Positions 62,175 to 64,000 of a DNA stretch of 64,000 bases are shown one piece after another. Source of the stretch: Rickettsiales bacterium (GTDB taxonomy: Bacteria > Pseudomonadota > Alphaproteobacteria > Rickettsiales > SXRF01); the NCBI GenBank assembly GCA_947459535.1, contig CANHDY010000001.1:4653-68652 (forward strand). Direction: 5' to 3'. Positions within the stretch are counted from its first letter, which is position 1. Every line of letters starts with the position of its first letter. The position numbers and the translations under genes were made by a program. A model generated the notes under the pieces. The model saw only the letters and a program-made list of their open reading frames with translations, did not search any database and was not told the DNA's origin.

Positions 62175-62633
62175 TCAGGCAGAGAAACTAACAGAACCTT
62201 CTGCCGCAGGAGCAATAGGCGCCGTGGTGGTGGCCGGCGCAGCCGCCGGTTCACTGGCAGGCAATGTGCCCTGATCGATATCGTGCCAGACATCGCGCAT
62301 CTGCTTTAATTCGGCAATGATTTCATCGCAGCCCTCAAGGCTGGCCGAACGATGGATAGCAAAAATGCGGCTGTCGATGGAAGAATAGAACTGGTAGAGA
62401 ATCTTCGCAATATCGCGGCCATTTTCAAAATCAAGGCAGGATTGTAGACCAAAGATAATCTCGCTTGCCTTGATGAGCAGATGATAGCGATCTTCAATGC
62501 GTTTTTCCGCAATCGCCTCTTTGACCTGCTGGAGATAGCGAATGGCGGCATCATACAGCATGACAATCTGCTTAGTGCGCGCCACCGTCTGCGTGGCTGA
62601 GGCGTAGGCCTGATATTTCTGCCTGCTGGTCAT
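62175..62633 (-). CDS. fliS: flagellar export chaperone FliS
   Basis: 'MLYDAAIRYL' and 'I..GL...LDFE.G..IA..L..FY'. Confidence 0.88.
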   Translation of the reverse strand: MTSRQKYQAYASATQTVARTKQIVMLYDAAIRYLQQVKEAIAEKRIEDRYHLLIKASEIIFGLQSCLDFENGRDIAKILYQFYSSIDSRIFAIHRSASLEGCDEIIAELKQMRDVWHDIDQGTLPASEPAAAPATTTAPIAPAAEGSVSFSA

Positions 62634-62638
62634 GCCAG

Positions 62639-64000
62639 TTAGTTTTCTCCATTCATCGCGCGCTGGTTGGCATCAAGGCTCTGAAGCAGCGTGTTAACAC
62701 GCGTAATAGCCTGCTCGAGCGCACTGAATTTAGCAAGCAGTTCTTCACGATAGCGCTCGACCTGAGCATCAATGCGCTTGATATCTTCCTGCAGCTTGGT
62801 ATCGGAGGTTTTGATGCTTTCAAGCTCAATTTCGAGCGCACCCACATCTTGTTTAAGAATTTCATCGCTGAGATTATAAATGCGATCCGCAATGCCCTGC
62901 GTAGCACTGACCGCAATACTGGAAGAAAGCGTGCCTGCATATACCATCACCAGCCCTTCCAGCGCCGTGCCCCTTTGCCCCTCAAGGCGAATACCGCTGG
63001 GGCTGTTGCCTGAACCCAGCACAAAAGAACCTGTCAAATCAAGAGTCACTGGGCCACCTGAGCCTGCATAAGTCGCTTTGTAGCTGGCGGTTGCGGTAAT
63101 GCCTGCATCACTGAATACGCCATTAGGATTCACACTTGACGAGAGAAGGTTAGTATCAACACCATTGACAGTGCTGGTGAATTTAAGGCGGAACTTATTC
63201 GGTGCTGTCTCTACCACTTCAGCAGTTACACCGGTGGTTGCACTCACCGCATTAAACTTATCGCGAATCTGGTTCAACGAGTCACCCGCCACCAGATCAA
63301 TCGCCACGCTATTGATGATCACCGCACCGGCTTTAATCTGATTACTATCCGGGCTGGCAGCCACGACGGGCGCATTCGCGTCCACAATCTCGTAGATTTT
63401 AGTCTGCTGCACGGCGTAGGGGTTGACTTCCAGCGTAAAATTATTCGCGGTCAGTGCATTGGTGCGTGAAAAAACACGCAGATTCTGGTTGTTTGAAACA
63501 AAATCAAACTCAAAGAGCCGTCGCACCTGATCAAAGTTACTGGAGATTGCCTCGGTGAGCTTACCTTCATCAACATTCAAAATATTGCGCACCAGCGGGT
63601 TTTCATCCGACTCCGGAAGATCCGCCGACACCACACCAATATCCGCAAGGCGGCTAAAACCGCTGCCAAGACCGGATACAATCGTGGAAAGCTGCGAGGA
63701 AACGCTACTTAGGCTGCTGCGTAGCACCGAGCTGTTGCTCAGCACTGCCGTATCAGCATACGTACCATCAGGATTTACCTGCGTCTGCTTGGCGGCAAAA
63801 ACTTTCAGATCATTATAGGCATTGATGAAATTAATGATGCCGCCCTTGACCACCTGCGCATCCGGACTGATATTGATGGTGATTTCAGTGGGATCCGGCT
63901 CTGGCGGCGTGGTGGTGAGAATATTCAGCGTCAACCCGGGCACGAGATCGGTCACGCTGTTGGACTGCCTGGTAATTTCCGTGCCATTGAACTTGAAAAC
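62639..64000 (-). CDS. fliD: flagellar filament cap protein FliD, N-terminus outside window
   Basis: Frame is open to nt 64000. C-terminal coiled coil 'RYREELLAKFSALEQAITRVNTLLQSL'. Confidence 0.85.
   Translation of the reverse strand, partial: VFKFNGTEITRQSNSVTDLVPGLTLNILTTTPPEPDPTEITINISPDAQVVKGGIINFINAYNDLKVFAAKQTQVNPDGTYADTAVLSNSSVLRSSLSSVSSQLSTIVSGLGSGFSRLADIGVVSADLPESDENPLVRNILNVDEGKLTEAISSNFDQVRRLFEFDFVSNNQNLRVFSRTNALTANNFTLEVNPYAVQQTKIYEIVDANAPVVAASPDSNQIKAGAVIINSVAIDLVAGDSLNQIRDKFNAVSATTGVTAEVVETAPNKFRLKFTSTVNGVDTNLLSSSVNPNGVFSDAGITATASYKATYAGSGGPVTLDLTGSFVLGSGNSPSGIRLEGQRGTALEGLVMVYAGTLSSSIAVSATQGIADRIYNLSDEILKQDVGALEIELESIKTSDTKLQEDIKRIDAQVERYREELLAKFSALEQAITRVNTLLQSLDANQRAMNGEN

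Overview
The window reads as an alphaproteobacterial chromosome segment. That assignment is inferred from gene order: ctaC-ctaD-ctaB-ctaG-ctaE-DUF983, lgt-midA-pgeF, a Usg-family gene, and alpha-type flagellar genes. No rRNA, tRNA, CRISPR array, IS element or prophage was recognised.

Gene content, left to right:
- 2-13199: a nonulosonic-acid (legionaminic-type) sugar cluster with neuB, neuC, LegB/LegC-like genes, a CBS-nucleotidyltransferase, a PP-loop amidotransferase with HisH/HisF paralogs, a formyltransferase-like gene and a PglC-like initiating transferase.
- Housekeeping genes: phoU, moeB-like, cysK, dut, coaBC, mutS, maeB.
- A RelE/RHH toxin-antitoxin pair.
- The aa3 cytochrome oxidase operon, interrupted by a 463-aa orphan gene.
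- tldD, lgt, midA-like, pgeF, ilvE, pgsA, cysTWA, recJ, an O-methyltransferase, LOG, SDR.
- astB, an astE-like gene and an aldehyde dehydrogenase, split by a Phd/PIN toxin-antitoxin pair.
- A Wzy_C-like membrane protein.
- fliD (partial)-fliS-fliK-flgD-flgE.

The most unusual content is non-genic. Three observations stand out:
1. Arrays of tandem 7-9-nt units (CGTGGTT, CGGATGA, GGTTNCGNA) are arranged as inverted arms. They fill whole leaders or intergenic spacers and run to within 0-5 nt of start codons that lack a Shine-Dalgarno. One single-armed CGTGGTT tract lies in frame inside recJ.
2. Small palindromic elements of at least three families are very dense. Several are inserted in frame in essential genes (coaBC, mutS, pgeF, midA-like) or form cistron junctions (cysT/cysW, lgt/midA), in the manner of Rickettsia palindromic elements.
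3. Hairpins with an invariant GTC-TACT-GAC core have covarying stems.

Protein-level leads are a 1113-aa FlgE carrying four FCCH-like repeat modules, a FlgD with a duplicated Ig-like domain, a consensus sigma54 promoter upstream of fliK, and the glycine-zipper plus transglutaminase-like orphan inside the cta operon.

All functional calls rest on motif recognition by eye. No database search was run.
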